A DNA stretch of 64,000 nt from a virus. Taxonomy: Duplodnaviria > Caudoviricetes. How positions within the stretch are numbered: position 1 is the first letter of the stretch; each line of letters begins with the position of its first letter. The stretch lies in the IMG/VR virus record IMGVR_UViG_3300029305_002733, positions 19,602 to 83,601 of that record; one strand, written 5' to 3'. The position numbers and the translations under genes were made by a program. Positions 62,060-64,000 of this stretch are shown one piece after another. Under the pieces are notes generated by a model. The model was not told the DNA's origin and did no database searches. It was given only the letters and a program-made list of their open reading frames with translations.

Positions 62060-62231
62060 TTTTGGTCAGATGGAAAATCTGATAAGGAGTTAAAGTAGGA
62101 CGGTTTATACTGTCCTATCTCCACCTTCTATGTGTAGACGAATGTTTGGGTATGCTCCAAACGGCACAGAATATTAGAAGGGCGTGGCGAAATGCTGCGC
62201 TCTATTTTATTGCACAAAGGAGGAAATAATT

Positions 62232-63275
62232 ATGGGTAAAAGATTTAGTCCAAAAAAATATAATATTATTTGTGGGGTTTATGCTATTACAAATAAGATT
62301 AACGGGAAAAAGTATATTGGGAAATCGGAAAATATTTATGTTAGATGGGACGAACATAGAAAAGAATTAAATAAAAATATACATAACAATAAACATTTAC
62401 AAAGAGCATGGAATAAATATAAAGAAAATAATTTTTCATTTCAAATTATTGAAATTTGTGATTCGAATGAAGCTGCGTATCAACGAGAAATATATTGGAT
62501 TAAATATTACGATTCTTTTAAAAATGGCTATAACATGAACGAAGGTGGTACTGGCGGGCTAGGATACAAGCATACTCAAGAAGATATAGAAAAAATGAGT
62601 ATTATTCAAAAGGAACATGCAAACAATCCTGGTTATAGAGAAATGTTATCTGATGCACACAATGATTATAAGAAGCCAATTGTACAAATTGATTTGATAA
62701 ATAATACGGTAAATTATTGGGATTCAAAAAATAAAGCAGGCAGACATCTAAATTTACAAGCAGCAAATATATTGTCAGCATTAAATAGAGATAATCACTT
62801 TGCACATGATAGTTTGTGGTTTTATCAAGAAGATTATAATGAGAACATTAATATTTGGGATTATATAGCACAAACAGATATGTATTACAGATATATCAAA
62901 TACTATCAATATAATTTTAAAGGATCGTTGATCAAAATATGGGATTATGATGAATTGTGTAATTCCAAATATATAAACGATTGTGTATATAAGTGTTGTA
63001 ATTTCCAAAAAGGGTTTTATGAAAACAGTATTTGGTTATTCGAGAAAGATATAAATCAACTTAGTGAATTGGTAGAAAAATATAAAAATAAAGCAAAAAT
63101 TTATTGTGAGCCGATTAACGTTTTTGATTTGAACGGAGTGTATTTACGTACATCGGAGAATATTTATACTGAATCAATTTTATCCGATTGTCGTGCATAT
63201 GATATTTGTTTATGTTGTGAGGGTAAAAGAAAATCTGTGAAAAGTCTTATTTTTAAATACATAAATATATTATGA
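62232..63275 (+). CDS. GIY-YIG homing endonuclease with NUMOD-like repeats
   Basis: GVYAITNKINGKKYIGKS...RWDEH...E...GYNMNEGG; probable start MGKRF at 62232 (AAGGAGG RBS). Confidence 0.88.
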   Translation: MGKRFSPKKYNIICGVYAITNKINGKKYIGKSENIYVRWDEHRKELNKNIHNNKHLQRAWNKYKENNFSFQIIEICDSNEAAYQREIYWIKYYDSFKNGYNMNEGGTGGLGYKHTQEDIEKMSIIQKEHANNPGYREMLSDAHNDYKKPIVQIDLINNTVNYWDSKNKAGRHLNLQAANILSALNRDNHFAHDSLWFYQEDYNENINIWDYIAQTDMYYRYIKYYQYNFKGSLIKIWDYDELCNSKYINDCVYKCCNFQKGFYENSIWLFEKDINQLSELVEKYKNKAKIYCEPINVFDLNGVYLRTSENIYTESILSDCRAYDICLCCEGKRKSVKSLIFKYINIL

Positions 63276-63336
63276 TGAAGAGTTTTAAATCAAGCTCTTC
63301 TATTGTGGATTAAAAGGATGAAGGAGTGTGAGGAAT

Positions 63337-64000
63337 ATGGCGTATTTGAAACCGCCCAAAAATGATGAAGAGGTCAAAAAGCTTACTTTGTCAGGAGTTA
63401 AGAAAGCCTATTCTGAGCTTTCTAAAGATTATTTAAGATTATTGGATGGGGATTACATTTACTGTGGTAAATGTAATTCCTTTTTAAGTAAAGATACTTT
63501 TTATTCAAGTAATGATTATGCATCTGGTAAATTCCCGGTGTGTAAAAAATGTCTGATGTTAATGGCCACGGATTATGAAAAGAAAACAAATACATATACA
63601 GAAAATAAAGAAAAGACAAAAGAGACTTTGAGGTTTTTAGATTTACCATTTATCGAGTCTGCGTATAATTCAGCTCTCTCATCTGTGCAGGCAGAGGTAA
63701 ATGAAAAAAACCGAGGAACCGCTTGGCAACAATACATTACCATGGTTCAGTCTCTCCCGAACTGGCGAGGACTCCGTTGGAAAGATAGTGACTTCGGATT
63801 TGATGATATTACCGAGAACGAAGAAACAAAGATAAATGCAAAAACAATTAAAAATGGGAAAAAGCGTTTTGGCAATTATCCTCCTGAAGACTTGATGTTT
63901 TTAGAGAATGAATATCAAGACTGGATTACTAGATATGAATGTAATACAAAGGCGCAAGAATCTATTTTTGAGCGACTGAGTTTTAAAAAGTGGGAAATTA
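63337..64000 (+). CDS. Conserved Cys-motif phage protein, partial (family often upstream of terminase in SPbeta-like phages)
   Basis: Manual translation MAYLKPPK...YCGKC...VCKKC...LDLPFI...FLENEYQDW; open to the window end. Confidence 0.6.
   Translation, partial: MAYLKPPKNDEEVKKLTLSGVKKAYSELSKDYLRLLDGDYIYCGKCNSFLSKDTFYSSNDYASGKFPVCKKCLMLMATDYEKKTNTYTENKEKTKETLRFLDLPFIESAYNSALSSVQAEVNEKNRGTAWQQYITMVQSLPNWRGLRWKDSDFGFDDITENEETKINAKTIKNGKKRFGNYPPEDLMFLENEYQDWITRYECNTKAQESIFERLSFKKWEI

Noticed and set aside
1-64000. CRISPR array
   Set aside because: No regularly spaced direct repeats of 23-47 bp; the two dispersed motifs are separated by whole genes
1-64000. Alternative genetic code (stop-codon recoding)
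   Set aside because: Core genes are full length and densely packed under the standard code; no suppressor tRNA seen

Overview
A 64-kb internal segment of a large, AT-rich temperate phage or prophage with an SPbeta-like layout. The host is probably a motile Lachnospiraceae/Clostridia bacterium, inferred from the captured chemoreceptor and a clostridial-type TnpB. Two gene arms diverge from a non-coding pivot at about 47.8-49.3 kb. The left arm (minus strand) carries, from position 1 upward: (1) a replisome block (DnaE start, RecJ, primase, helicase, AAA ATPase, SSB-like); (2) an RNA/tRNA-repair block (RNA ligase, Pnk-HD, tRNA-Ser/Ile/Gln, two aberrant tRNA-like RNAs) with an MCP gene and a solo IS607-type tnpB; (3) pnuC-nadR-ligA; (4) a YopR/MrpR-like, DGQHR-like and tyrosine-recombinase triad; (5) two tandem HNH-like genes; (6) about 20 kb of small accessory ORFs. 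The right arm (plus strand) carries a CoiA-like nuclease, a YonO-like single-subunit RNA polymerase, HU, a candidate ~500-nt structured ncRNA, a beta-CASP nuclease, ClpP, YonK/YonJ-like genes, tRNA-Pro and a GIY-YIG endonuclease. The strongest signals are non-coding. About 25 copies of a 20-bp dyad (AATMRAA-N6-TTYKRTT), each with a different 6-bp spacer, sit at gene junctions of the left arm and often supply the stop codon, which suggests a cassette-like gene array. About 23 copies of a directional 17-18-bp motif (AACTASRYAWAATTAAA) flank sigmaA-type promoters. All annotations come from motif recognition by eye; no database search was run.
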